The notes below the pieces were generated by a model. It worked only from the letters and a program-made list of their open reading frames with translations. It was not told where the DNA came from and did no database searches. DNA of 64,000 bases from Actinomycetota bacterium. Lineage in GTDB: Bacteria > Actinomycetota > Acidimicrobiia > Acidimicrobiales > MedAcidi-G1. The translations under genes and the position numbers were made by a program. The number at the start of each line of letters is the position of its first letter. Positions within the stretch are counted from its first letter, which is position 1. Location: positions 1,185 to 65,184 of the forward strand of contig CACPKO010000002.1 in assembly GCA_902634555.1 (NCBI GenBank), written 5' to 3'. This document shows, in pieces, positions 33,758 to 43,557 of the stretch.

Positions 33758-35437
33758 TCATTCGTTTTGTTTATTCTTCCTGCGAAACGCCGGATGGCGT
33801 CTCCACCACCAAGAAATAAGTTCGTCATCTCTTGTTCCATATGCCTGATTTATTGTTGCACCAAATGAAAGCCAGAGCTCTTCAAGACCCTTATCATTTG
33901 AAGAATGGATTGTTTGTGCTATTCCAATTGCTTCTCCCCAAGCCTTTTTATCTGAGGGAAGCGGCAACTCTGATAATTGTTTTGATGAAAGAGTGATTCG
34001 GCTAACTGAACGTGCAGCGCCTACAGCCTGGCGTGCTGCTAACACACTTATAACCGGAGCTGAAAGTGCTGTGGCGAGAGCCCATAAATCCTCTTCATAT
34101 GGCTGCACAATAAGTAACGGAGTTAAAGGAATCCAATCGCCTTTCTCATCCACTACTACTTCAATGACTCGAGTTTGAGTTGAAATAAAAAGTTTTGGGT
34201 TTTGACGGACCAGCATCCACTCACTTACAGATCTATCGAATTCAGCAACTTTCTCAAGATCAACTACAGGCCGTTGCCATTTTCTTCCATCAAATTGAAC
34301 TAACTTTTTTCCCCATAAGCAATCAAACGGATCAACCATGGCTGTTGTAATCAAAGGATTAACAACCGTTTCTTCTTTTTGCTCACTGACACCAGGCACC
34401 AAACCATAAAAATGCTGTCGAAAACCTGATGTAACCGAAGCTTTGTGTCCTAAAGTTCCTGAGCTAACAATTTTTACATCTGGTAATCCAATGAGATCTG
34501 CTACTAATTCTCCCCAATTACTTGGATCTGATGGGTATTCTCCCGAAGTGGCTTCTTCTATTTCTCGACCAACATACCTCAGCACTTCTTTCTTATCGGA
34601 GGTCACATTTTTAACAATTGGTGCGCAAACTTCAGTACGCCCTACAAATACCGTGGATTGGTCTACCCAAAGCCCCTCAAGTGAAGCTTCCGTGAGAATC
34701 TTTTCTCTTATTTCTAAAGCATCTCTTGCGGCGATTAAAGACAAGGGCTGGATGAGCGCCATTTGACCTTCTGGTTCAAGAAGATCCAAACCTAATGCCA
34801 GAAACAGCCATGCTTCATTTGTGTAAGCCTTGACTAAATTTCCGTATTGAGAACGAAGATCTTCTCGACGCTTTGTTGTTCTCACAGTCGTTGTGTGCAT
34901 TTGACTCAAGAACGGCGGATTGCCAATAATGGATCCGAAATGCTTTGGCCAATTTTCAGGCCTTTCAATTAAGGGATCTGCGATAACGACTCCTGTAATT
35001 TCTTCGGGATCCACTCCCGCCCAATGCGCGAGTTCCCAGCGGCAAACAGCAACCGCCCATTGGTCTATATCCGCACCAAATATTTGATTTCTTACTATGT
35101 CTTTTGGGTTACCACCGAGTACTGCAAGTTGTTTTGCTGCAGAAAGTAAAAAAATTCCTCCACCACATGATGGATCTACAACTGGCCCCTTACGCACCAC
35201 GGTTTCGGCGAACTTTTTGGCGACATCTATCGGCGTGTAGAAGGCCCCCGCTGTTTTTCTCGTCCTTGAAGTTAAAAGTTTTTCATATGTTTCTGCTAAC
35301 AACAGATGTTTTTCAAATGTGAAGGAATAATTTCCTGTCTTTACTTCTTCACCATCTATGTTTAGAAAACGTGGGCCACCTTTTGATTCAGCTACTACGG
35401 CAAGGGCTTCAGGTAAATGTGGAGGAAAAGGACTCAT
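33758..35437 (-). CDS. N6-adenine DNA methyltransferase (Eco57I/TaqI-like), no nuclease domain
   Basis: GAFYTP, VVDPSCGGGIFL (motif I), IFGADID, IIGNPPF (motif IV). Confidence 0.85.
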   Translation of the reverse strand: MSPFPPHLPEALAVVAESKGGPRFLNIDGEEVKTGNYSFTFEKHLLLAETYEKLLTSRTRKTAGAFYTPIDVAKKFAETVVRKGPVVDPSCGGGIFLLSAAKQLAVLGGNPKDIVRNQIFGADIDQWAVAVCRWELAHWAGVDPEEITGVVIADPLIERPENWPKHFGSIIGNPPFLSQMHTTTVRTTKRREDLRSQYGNLVKAYTNEAWLFLALGLDLLEPEGQMALIQPLSLIAARDALEIREKILTEASLEGLWVDQSTVFVGRTEVCAPIVKNVTSDKKEVLRYVGREIEEATSGEYPSDPSNWGELVADLIGLPDVKIVSSGTLGHKASVTSGFRQHFYGLVPGVSEQKEETVVNPLITTAMVDPFDCLWGKKLVQFDGRKWQRPVVDLEKVAEFDRSVSEWMLVRQNPKLFISTQTRVIEVVVDEKGDWIPLTPLLIVQPYEEDLWALATALSAPVISVLAARQAVGAARSVSRITLSSKQLSELPLPSDKKAWGEAIGIAQTIHSSNDKGLEELWLSFGATINQAYGTRDDELISWWWRRHPAFRRKNKQNE

Positions 35438-35453
35438 CAGAGTCTTTCATGTC

Positions 35454-36626
35454 CTAAGCGGCATCAACGGTAGGGTCCCAAGCTGCTAAATCATTTAAAC
35501 GAGAGTCATTAGAGAAAACTTCTACTATGGGATGTTTCATTCCAAGTCTTCGCATTAATTTACGAACTTCCATTTCTTCATTCCATAAAACCAGACTTAC
35601 AACTACACCTGATTCTCCTGCTCGTGCTGTTCTTCCTGAACGATGCACATAAGTTTTTGCATCTGAGGGAGGGTCATAGTGAATTACTACATCAACATCA
35701 TCTATGTGTATTCCCCGTGCTGCGACATCAGTAGCTACTAAAGCCTGAACTTTACCTTTCGCAAAATCTGCTAAAGATTTTTCTCTTTGAGATTGACGTA
35801 AATCTCCGTGAATAGGTGCAGCTTTAACTCCGTTTTCTTGGAGCTTGTTTGCCAATTTATCAGCCCCCCACTTTGTGCGAGAAAACAGAATGGTTCGATG
35901 AGACGCTTTAATAATTGTTGCTGCGACTTTTATTCGATCCATTTCATGAACGGTGAGAAACCGATGCTGCATTTCTTTCACTGTTATTTCTTTATGAGCA
36001 ACTTCATGCATGACTGGGTCTTTTTGATATCGGCTAATGAGACTTGCTGTCATTCCATCTAGAGTCGCAGAAAATAAGAGGGTCTGATGGTCACGTTCAA
36101 CTCCTCGTAGTATCCACTCAACCTGAGGCATGAACCCCATATCGGCCATGCGGTCTGCTTCGTCTACTATCACCACTTCTAAATCTGCAACCGTTATTTC
36201 TTCTTTTTCGATCAAATCAATCATTCGGCCTGGTGTAGCTACAACTAATTCAACTCCTTTCTCGAGCAGGGCAATCTGCTTTTCAATAGGAGCTCCTCCA
36301 TAAATGGCTTCGACTTTCATATTTCGAACTGCTGCGAGCGGTTTGAGTTCTTTGCATACTTGAGTCGCAAGTTCTCTGGTAGGAACCAGAGCTAATGCTG
36401 TAGGCCTGCCTGGTTGAGCTTTGCTAATTTTCTGCACGCAGGGAATTCCAAAAGCTAAAGTCTTTCCAGAGCCGGTTTTCGCTTTCCCGCATACATCTCG
36501 TCCACTTAAACTGTCTTCAATTGATAACGCTTGGATCTCAAAAGGTTCGGTGATTCCACGTTTTGTTAAAACTTCTACGATGTCAGGCTCTACTCCAAGA
36601 GCTGCAAATTGATTGGTGGAAGACAT
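35454..36626 (-). CDS. DEAD-box RNA helicase
   Basis: Q motif, AKTGSGKT, PTRELA, TPGR, DEAD, SAT, ARGIH, HRSGRTAR. Confidence 0.95.
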   Translation of the reverse strand: MSSTNQFAALGVEPDIVEVLTKRGITEPFEIQALSIEDSLSGRDVCGKAKTGSGKTLAFGIPCVQKISKAQPGRPTALALVPTRELATQVCKELKPLAAVRNMKVEAIYGGAPIEKQIALLEKGVELVVATPGRMIDLIEKEEITVADLEVVIVDEADRMADMGFMPQVEWILRGVERDHQTLLFSATLDGMTASLISRYQKDPVMHEVAHKEITVKEMQHRFLTVHEMDRIKVAATIIKASHRTILFSRTKWGADKLANKLQENGVKAAPIHGDLRQSQREKSLADFAKGKVQALVATDVAARGIHIDDVDVVIHYDPPSDAKTYVHRSGRTARAGESGVVVSLVLWNEEMEVRKLMRRLGMKHPIVEVFSNDSRLNDLAAWDPTVDAA

Positions 36627-36754
36627 GACTACCTGTTCTCGGTTTCGATACCGGATTGAATGCTCTTATTCTTGAGCACCGCCTTTTGATTAACATAAAT
36701 TCAAGAGGCTTCTTCATCTTACCTTCTTGTTCCCAATAGGTAAGGACTTGTTCC

Positions 36755-37018
36755 TTATGTAGCTACACGCCCGTTAGCAACTTTAACTCCTTCACCCCTA
36801 AGGAGAGATGATTGTTCAGCTTCGCTTCCTGGAACTAATCTTCCAGTTGATGTAACTACTCGCCACCATGGATACCCTCGGTGACTTTTTAGGAACCGTC
36901 CTACGGCTCGATGAGCAGATGGAAACCCGGCCTCTGCCGCTACTTCTCCGTAAGTAACTACTTCTCCGTGGCGAAGATCATCAAGCACTCTGGCTACTGA
37001 CTCTTCGAAAGGAGTCAC
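36755..37018 (-). CDS. Alkyltransferase-like (ATL/YbaZ) protein, MGMT family
   Basis: VVTYGEVA..AG...RAVG; PWWRVV in place of the catalytic PCHRVV. Confidence 0.85.
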   Translation of the reverse strand: MTPFEESVARVLDDLRHGEVVTYGEVAAEAGFPSAHRAVGRFLKSHRGYPWWRVVTSTGRLVPGSEAEQSSLLRGEGVKVANGRVAT

Positions 37019-37020
37019 TG

Positions 37021-37554
37021 CTACCTTCCTAAAGATTCGTCTCGGGACGTTAGTTGAACTAATTCGAAGGGCTCTGCAAACCCGGTAATAGAGTGTTCTC
37101 CTATTTTTCGCACCGCGGTATTGACCATAAGGGCCATAGCCATAGAAGCTGGGGCAAGCACCTGATGGGGTCCTGCCATATCACATAGTCGAGATGCGAG
37201 AATGACCGCTCTGCCGACATGATCATCGCCGTCAATAAGTAGGACTGGCCCAGTAGCAATCCCCGCCCTCATTGGTAACGGGGATTGGGACAAATCAATT
37301 AAGCCTTCCATTTCGATAACTGCTTCTACAGTTTGTTCTGGTTCAACTCCGACCAGCATGGCTCCGTCCCCAAGCCATTTTGCTATCCGTACTCCTTTTT
37401 GTGCTGCCACGAGACGCACACTGTTGCGAAATCCATTTATTATCTCCATGCCGGCTGCATCTCCGTGCTCGTCTGCATACGCTGTGAAACCGGATAAATC
37501 TATGAATGCGAAAGTTCGATCAATTCGTCGAAATGTTTTCTCATGAAAAGACAT
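37021..37554 (-). CDS. Stand-alone class III adenylate/guanylate cyclase domain
   Basis: AFIDLSGFT, KWLGDGAM, RAGIATG, DHVGRAVILASRL. Confidence 0.85.
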   Translation of the reverse strand: MSFHEKTFRRIDRTFAFIDLSGFTAYADEHGDAAGMEIINGFRNSVRLVAAQKGVRIAKWLGDGAMLVGVEPEQTVEAVIEMEGLIDLSQSPLPMRAGIATGPVLLIDGDDHVGRAVILASRLCDMAGPHQVLAPASMAMALMVNTAVRKIGEHSITGFAEPFELVQLTSRDESLGR

Positions 37555-37556
37555 GA

Positions 37557-38360
37557 CTAGATCTTGTCACGAATTGGCTTGAGACCCTTAATCCACACTA
37601 TTCCTCCGGCGATTATTGCAAGAGCACTAATCCAGATATTTACTCGCAATCCGAAAATTAGGGAAGCTTGATCTATCCGTAAGGCTTCAATCCAAAGTCT
37701 TCCTATTCCATATCCAAAAATCCAGAGACCTATGAGATGCCCTGGTTTTAAATAGTTCTTTCGATCTACAGCTACCAGCATCAAAACTAGAGCAATGTTC
37801 CAGAGGCTTTCGTAAAGAAATGTTGGGTGAAAGGTACTGATTTCAGAATATTTCTCTGGTCGATGCGTTGATTCAATTTCTAATCCCCACGGCAGGTCAG
37901 TGGGGCGTCCAAATAATTCTTGATTAAACCAATTCCCCCATCGGCCTATTGCTTGGGCAAGAGGGAGAGACGGAATCATTGCATCTAGTACTTTAGGGAC
38001 TGAAATATCATTTCGCCGTGCGTACATTACGCCAACGATCACTCCGGCGGCGAGGCCTCCAGGGATGCCAAGGCCACCTTCCCAAATTTTTATCGCATCT
38101 TCCCATCGCCCCTGATAACTTCGCCAATCAGTTGCCACGTGATAGATGCGTGACCCTATAAGGCCTGCTGGTACCGCCCAAATAGCAATATTTGAAATAT
38201 CTTCTGGATCTTCTCCATACTGTTTCCAACGTTTTTGGCTGAACCAAACAGCGGCTAAAACTCCCAGAGCAATCATTAAGCCATAGGCGCGCAGTTCAAC
38301 AATTCCTAAATCTAAATATGACTTGCTAGGACTCGGTATAGAACCGAGAGATGTCCACAT
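37557..38360 (-). CDS. lgt: Prolipoprotein diacylglyceryl transferase
   Basis: AYGLMI, QAIGRWGNWFNQELFG, HPTFLYES, EALR. Confidence 0.95.
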   Translation of the reverse strand: MWTSLGSIPSPSKSYLDLGIVELRAYGLMIALGVLAAVWFSQKRWKQYGEDPEDISNIAIWAVPAGLIGSRIYHVATDWRSYQGRWEDAIKIWEGGLGIPGGLAAGVIVGVMYARRNDISVPKVLDAMIPSLPLAQAIGRWGNWFNQELFGRPTDLPWGLEIESTHRPEKYSEISTFHPTFLYESLWNIALVLMLVAVDRKNYLKPGHLIGLWIFGYGIGRLWIEALRIDQASLIFGLRVNIWISALAIIAGGIVWIKGLKPIRDKI

Positions 38361-40168
38361 TAGACAGAAAAGCCTTCAGCCTGCATGGCATATAAATCTG
38401 AACTTCCTGCCGTAACCGCATTTAATTGAGATCCAGCAATTGGCAACAACTGCTCTGCATAAAAGCGAGCAGTAACGATTTTGCTGTTCAAATATTCAGC
38501 ATCGAATTTGTCGCTGCCGTTCTTGACCTGCTCTTCCGCGAAAACTGCTTGGCGGGCCAAGAGCCAGCCTCCGACCAATTGGCCGAGCATTTTCAAATAA
38601 GGGGTGGCCCCTGCCATGACATCATTAGGGTTTTCTGCTCCGCGGACAAAAATCCAATCTGTTGCTTCTTCAGTTGCTACTAATGCCTCTTCAAGATTTT
38701 TCTTTATAGAAACAAATTCTTCGCTTGACCCATCAAGCCCTTGACTAAATTGTTGTATCTCGTTGAGAAGTTCTTTTACTACCGCCCCGTTCTTCATTGG
38801 AATCTTTCTCCCAACAAGATCGATGGCTTGAATCCCATTTGTCCCTTCATAAATTGGGGAAATACGGGCATCACGGAAATGTTGAGCGGCACCAGTCTCT
38901 TCGATGTATCCATACCCTCCATGAACCTGGATACCTAGCGATGTCATTTCACAACCCACGTCAGTACACCACCCTTTTGAAATTGGAGTAAGTAGCTCGG
39001 CACGATCAGATGCGTCTTGCGCAGCATCAACATCAGCGTGTCGATTGGCTATATCCAAGTAAGCAGCATTCAAATAAAGAACTCCTCGCATGGCATCTGT
39101 ATATGCGCGCATTGTTAAAAGCATCCGGCGCACATCAGCATGATCAATTATTAACGACTGCTCTCCAGCTGGTGACCCTACAGCTCGACCTTGACGGCGA
39201 TCCTGAGCATAATCAGAAGCTAATTGCAAGGCTCGTTCTGCAACAGCAAGCCCTTCCACTCCAACACCAAGACGAGCATTGTTCATCATTTTGAACATAC
39301 AACGCATTCCTTGATGTTCTTCACCAAGCAAATAACCAACAGCACCTTCTCCAGATTCCCCATACGACAATACGCATGTAGGACTCGCATGGAGTCCTAA
39401 TTTGTGTTCAACAGATAAGCACTTATAGTCATTTCGATCACCCAAACTTCCATCTTCATTGACGATGTATTTAGGGACGATGAAAAGAGAAATCCCCTTT
39501 GTCCCCGGAGGGCTATCAGGTGTACGGGCCAAAACAAGTTGGATAATGTTTTCTGCTAATTCATGCTCTCCATAAGTAATAAATATTTTGGTGCCAAAAA
39601 TACGCCATGACCCATCTTCTTGAGGAATAGCTTTACTCGTAAGCGCTCCTACATCTGAACCTGCTTGAGGTTCAGTCAGATTCATCGTTCCTGACCATTG
39701 ACTTGCCACCATTTTCGGCAAATAAGTTTCTTTCAACTCTTCGGTGCCGAAACTATGAATGGCATCTATTGCTCCCACAGTAAGCATGGGCCCCATAGAC
39801 CATGATCTACTTGCAGCGCCTATCATCTCTGTCATTACGGTTTGGATAGCTCCTGGAAAACCACCGCCTCCATAGTCAGGGTCTTGAGAGATTGAACTCC
39901 AGCCCGCTTCAACAAACTGATCCCATGCTGACTGAAACTCCTCAGGCATAGTTACTACACCATCTTCAACTGAACATCCTTCTTGATCACCAACTCGATC
40001 AACTGGACCTATCACTTCTGCTACAAAGCGACCTAACTCATCTAACATGCCGTCTATCATCTCCGGATCTACATGTTCATAACCTGGCAAGTCACAAATA
40101 GATGAAATATTAGTAATTGCATCTAACGTCAAACGGATGTCATCCAATGGGGTTCTGTAATCACTCAT
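38360..40168 (-). CDS. Long-type acyl-CoA dehydrogenase (FadE5/DmdC-like)
   Basis: GTMNLTEPQAGSDVG, GTKIFITYGEH, EHKLG, QVHGGYGYIEE, IYEGTNGIQAIDL. Confidence 0.9.
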   Translation of the reverse strand: MSDYRTPLDDIRLTLDAITNISSICDLPGYEHVDPEMIDGMLDELGRFVAEVIGPVDRVGDQEGCSVEDGVVTMPEEFQSAWDQFVEAGWSSISQDPDYGGGGFPGAIQTVMTEMIGAASRSWSMGPMLTVGAIDAIHSFGTEELKETYLPKMVASQWSGTMNLTEPQAGSDVGALTSKAIPQEDGSWRIFGTKIFITYGEHELAENIIQLVLARTPDSPPGTKGISLFIVPKYIVNEDGSLGDRNDYKCLSVEHKLGLHASPTCVLSYGESGEGAVGYLLGEEHQGMRCMFKMMNNARLGVGVEGLAVAERALQLASDYAQDRRQGRAVGSPAGEQSLIIDHADVRRMLLTMRAYTDAMRGVLYLNAAYLDIANRHADVDAAQDASDRAELLTPISKGWCTDVGCEMTSLGIQVHGGYGYIEETGAAQHFRDARISPIYEGTNGIQAIDLVGRKIPMKNGAVVKELLNEIQQFSQGLDGSSEEFVSIKKNLEEALVATEEATDWIFVRGAENPNDVMAGATPYLKMLGQLVGGWLLARQAVFAEEQVKNGSDKFDAEYLNSKIVTARFYAEQLLPIAGSQLNAVTAGSSDLYAMQAEGFSV

Positions 40169-40279
40169 ACGTAAAAGGGTATCTCGTTAAGACCACTAAC
40201 TTGACTCAGATAGGTCTTTAACAAGGTAGATTCAATTCTGTATATATTTACCTTTATTCAAGTGACACAAGGACAAGAT

Positions 40280-41986
40280 ATGGGACTTTTAGACCTTTTA
40301 TATGATCCCGATATTTCTTTGCGCTCACCCGAGAAAGTGATGGATCCAGCTACTCTCGGATCTGCTCGTCTCACCCGTCTTAGTTTCAGCCGTTCAATGA
40401 TTCGTCGCGCTGCTTTGAAGAACTGGAAATTGAAAAGAACATTAATTGATCTTGATGAATCCGGGCGAGGCCAAATTATTTACCGCATTGACGCGGAAGG
40501 TCATATCTTTCATTTTGTCGCTTTTACCAACACTATTGATGAATCGCTTCATACCGATCGAGTCATAGCTGATGCATGGGAAATTACTGCAGCGCTCATT
40601 GAAGGCGAACTAGATCAAGAGTCTCTTGATTTTTTGACTATGGAAGTTCCAAAACAAGAAGAAGGCAGACTGGATTCAAGAGTCCTCGTCCTTACTCGCG
40701 GCAACCGGAGCGTCCGCTTCTACGAATATCTTGTAGATCAGCTCGCTTCAGGAAGCCAGCCAGAACCTTCTCTAGTCGGGGATGCGGGATACATCATGAG
40801 AAGTACCGCTTTTTACGGAAACGGAAAGTTTGGTATGAGATCATTTTTAGGTTATGAATCAAATCATCCTCTTTTCGCTCCTTATCGAGCACAATTTCTT
40901 GCCGCATGGCTTTTCAGAGAAACAAGTTACGACTCTGTGGAATATTGCGCCCAAATTAGAAACCCAGAGAAAGCCGTTTCTTTTGATAAGGAATGGAATC
41001 ATTTTTTCGGTTTAGGAAACTCAACTGGCCTAGGACTAGTTCCTTGGGCAATGAAGCACCCAGAAGAAGTTAACGCTTGGGTAGGTGTTCGTGAACTAGC
41101 TTTAGCGAACGTTAGAAAGTTACATGACTCTCCAGAACGCAGGAGACTCTTAGAGAAATGGATTGACCAGGCACACAAACATTTTTCTTCATTCAGCGGA
41201 GAAGACCGCTGGCCATGGAAGGGCCCTGACTCGTTATCTGAAGCAATACTTGATATCCATCACGCTTTCTCGTCCATGACTGACGAAGACCGCCCTTTTG
41301 ATGCTCTTTACTTATGGGCAGAAAATCAAGGACCAGAAGTTAACGAACTAGTGGTTTCTTTATTGCTGGAATTAGACGAAACACCCGATGAAGTTATAGA
41401 TGAATTCTTGAGAGTTGACACTTCAGTGGCGTCAGATCCCTCAATGACCGTTGAAGATTTAAAAAAGAAATTCACTGAGAATTATTCTTGGCTGGAACAA
41501 CTAGATCTAGAGAGTTCCGCTGCTGACCATTATTGGTGGGTTTACTCCGATCATGCCGAGGAACCACGTCGCGCTGATCGGTCGATTCTTGACCCTGAAC
41601 ACCGAGATGTCCCTATAGATATAGCTCTCCGGCTAAACCACTTAAAGAAAGATCTTGACGCAGCGGACAAAACTACAAAAGTGGGCATTTTCCTTCAAGA
41701 CTTTCCAAATCATGGAATAGCAATAAATCGATTAATGAAGGATTCCGGACCTTACGGCGAACCGCGAGAAAATGTTTGCGACCTAAATCACCTCCCGCTG
41801 AACCTACAAAGATTTCAGTTAGCCATGTATGGAATGGATAATTTCAAAGCCCAGTCAACAGATTGGCTGAGGGTGACTTTATTTCAAGGAGCGCCAAGGA
41901 TCGCTGAGTTGAATGCCGATACATCTGATGATTGGGTCTGGCCGCAACAACCTAAACGTGAACAAGAGAAAGTTCTTCATGACTAG
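40280..41986 (+). CDS. Conserved hypothetical protein (~570 aa)
   Basis: Long ORF after an AGGA SD; motifs TDRVIADAWE, YIMRSTAFYGNGKFG, GNSTGLGLVP, WWVYS..EEPR, LRVTLFQGAP. Confidence 0.75.
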   Translation: MGLLDLLYDPDISLRSPEKVMDPATLGSARLTRLSFSRSMIRRAALKNWKLKRTLIDLDESGRGQIIYRIDAEGHIFHFVAFTNTIDESLHTDRVIADAWEITAALIEGELDQESLDFLTMEVPKQEEGRLDSRVLVLTRGNRSVRFYEYLVDQLASGSQPEPSLVGDAGYIMRSTAFYGNGKFGMRSFLGYESNHPLFAPYRAQFLAAWLFRETSYDSVEYCAQIRNPEKAVSFDKEWNHFFGLGNSTGLGLVPWAMKHPEEVNAWVGVRELALANVRKLHDSPERRRLLEKWIDQAHKHFSSFSGEDRWPWKGPDSLSEAILDIHHAFSSMTDEDRPFDALYLWAENQGPEVNELVVSLLLELDETPDEVIDEFLRVDTSVASDPSMTVEDLKKKFTENYSWLEQLDLESSAADHYWWVYSDHAEEPRRADRSILDPEHRDVPIDIALRLNHLKKDLDAADKTTKVGIFLQDFPNHGIAINRLMKDSGPYGEPRENVCDLNHLPLNLQRFQLAMYGMDNFKAQSTDWLRVTLFQGAPRIAELNADTSDDWVWPQQPKREQEKVLHD

Positions 41987-42527
41987 TAAAGAGATTTCTG
42001 TTGCTCCCCGTGAGATACATGACCTTATTCAAAGAGCAAGCCGTGTTAAAGGCTGCGAAGCAAGTGTGGCCGAACGTATTGCATCAAAAATTACTTTCTG
42101 TGAAATTAACTACGGCGGAGGCATAAATAGTTGGCTGCAACTAGTGGCTGACGACGAAAACTGCCTCACTGAAACTTTTAAATCCGTTCAAGTTCTTGAT
42201 TCAATCCCCTCCAAAGACTCTCTAGATTTCTCTTGGAATCCTTCTATCCCTTTTGCTTTTATCGCTCAGTCGCTGAACGCCCTACAGTCCTATGGGTTTA
42301 CTTGGGAATGTAATCCCGAAGCGCCTACCGGAGACGTGCAAATTGAATGTGTGTGTTTGAACAAACTAGATTCCGAAAAAATCGCTTCAAACAACAAGAT
42401 GAATAAAGCATTTTCTGAAGGTCTTCAGGTAGACAAAGACGATTGGGAGAATTTAGTCGGTATTTCTTCAAGGTTTCTTCTTTCAGAAAAAATCCTTGAC
42501 GACGCTGATTCTGCCGTTTATGAATGA
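41979..42527 (+). CDS. Hypothetical protein, DUF3726-like
   Basis: Overlaps the upstream stop; N-terminal REI..L..RA.R..G...AE and C-terminal G.QVD...WE.L pattern. Confidence 0.55.
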   Translation: MTSKEISVAPREIHDLIQRASRVKGCEASVAERIASKITFCEINYGGGINSWLQLVADDENCLTETFKSVQVLDSIPSKDSLDFSWNPSIPFAFIAQSLNALQSYGFTWECNPEAPTGDVQIECVCLNKLDSEKIASNNKMNKAFSEGLQVDKDDWENLVGISSRFLLSEKILDDADSAVYE

Positions 42528-42533
42528 GTAACT

Positions 42534-43511
42534 ATGACACTTATATCTCTCGATGAAATAGAAGAAACCACAAGAAAAGCATTAATTAAACATGGTGCTT
42601 CTGAGAAGATCGCTCCACTGGTAGCGCATGCTGTGAGAGTTGCAGAAGGAAACGGAAACCGAATCTGTGGACTTTATTACGTGGAGAGTTACTGTCTCCA
42701 GTTGACGAGTGGTCGTGTTGACGGTGTGATTGAACCAACAATTCATGTTGACCGTCCCGGGACGGTGAGAGTTGACGGCCATTTTGGATTTGCCCAATCA
42801 GCGTTCGCAGCCGGATTCGATACTGCACTCCAAGCCGCTCGTAACAACGGCATTTGTTCCTACTCAATTGAGCATTCTCAAACCTGCACTTCATTAGGTT
42901 ATTTCACCGAACAATTCGCTCAAGCAGGAATGCTTGCAATCGGAGCCACAAATGCTTCCGCTGTTGTCGCTCCCCCAGGTGGAACCACTCCTGTTCTAGG
43001 GACAAATCCAGTAGCTATGGCTGTTCCCGATGGTCACGGAGGTGTTGCTTTCCAATTTGATTTCAGTACCAGTGCTATAGCTATGGGAAAGATTACGATG
43101 GCTGCTGCAGCAGGTGAATCCATTCCTCTAGGTTGGGCAGTTGACGCTAGTGGCGAACCAACAACTGACCCTAAAGCTGCTTTACAAGGATCAATGTTGT
43201 CTGCTGGCGGTTACAAAGGATATGGCTTTGGACTTATGGCAGAACTTTTAGCTGGAGCCCTGACGGGTTCACGGCTAAGTGTTGAAGTTCCACCTTTAAA
43301 AGCCCCAGAAGGCCCCCCACACGATCTAGGACAGTTCTATATCGTTATTGACCCTGACGCCTATGACAAAAATTTCCTTCAAAAATTAGAACAACTAGCA
43401 GAAGTTATTGAAAGCCAACCTGGAGCTCGTTTACCTGGAAGGAATCGTTCAATTCCAAACCAAGTAGAAGTTGACCCAAAACTATGGGAAGCAATCATAC
43501 AACTCACGTAA
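42534..43511 (+). CDS. Ldh_2-family (malate/L-lactate/sulfolactate/imine) NAD(P)-dependent oxidoreductase
   Basis: VDGHFGF, GTNPVAMAVP, DFSTS, GWAVD..G.PTTDP, GGYKGYG, RLPG. Confidence 0.88.
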   Translation: MTLISLDEIEETTRKALIKHGASEKIAPLVAHAVRVAEGNGNRICGLYYVESYCLQLTSGRVDGVIEPTIHVDRPGTVRVDGHFGFAQSAFAAGFDTALQAARNNGICSYSIEHSQTCTSLGYFTEQFAQAGMLAIGATNASAVVAPPGGTTPVLGTNPVAMAVPDGHGGVAFQFDFSTSAIAMGKITMAAAAGESIPLGWAVDASGEPTTDPKAALQGSMLSAGGYKGYGFGLMAELLAGALTGSRLSVEVPPLKAPEGPPHDLGQFYIVIDPDAYDKNFLQKLEQLAEVIESQPGARLPGRNRSIPNQVEVDPKLWEAIIQLT

Positions 43512-43557
43512 TAAGAGAAATTAGACATCATTCTTAATAAAACTCTAAGATGAAAAA

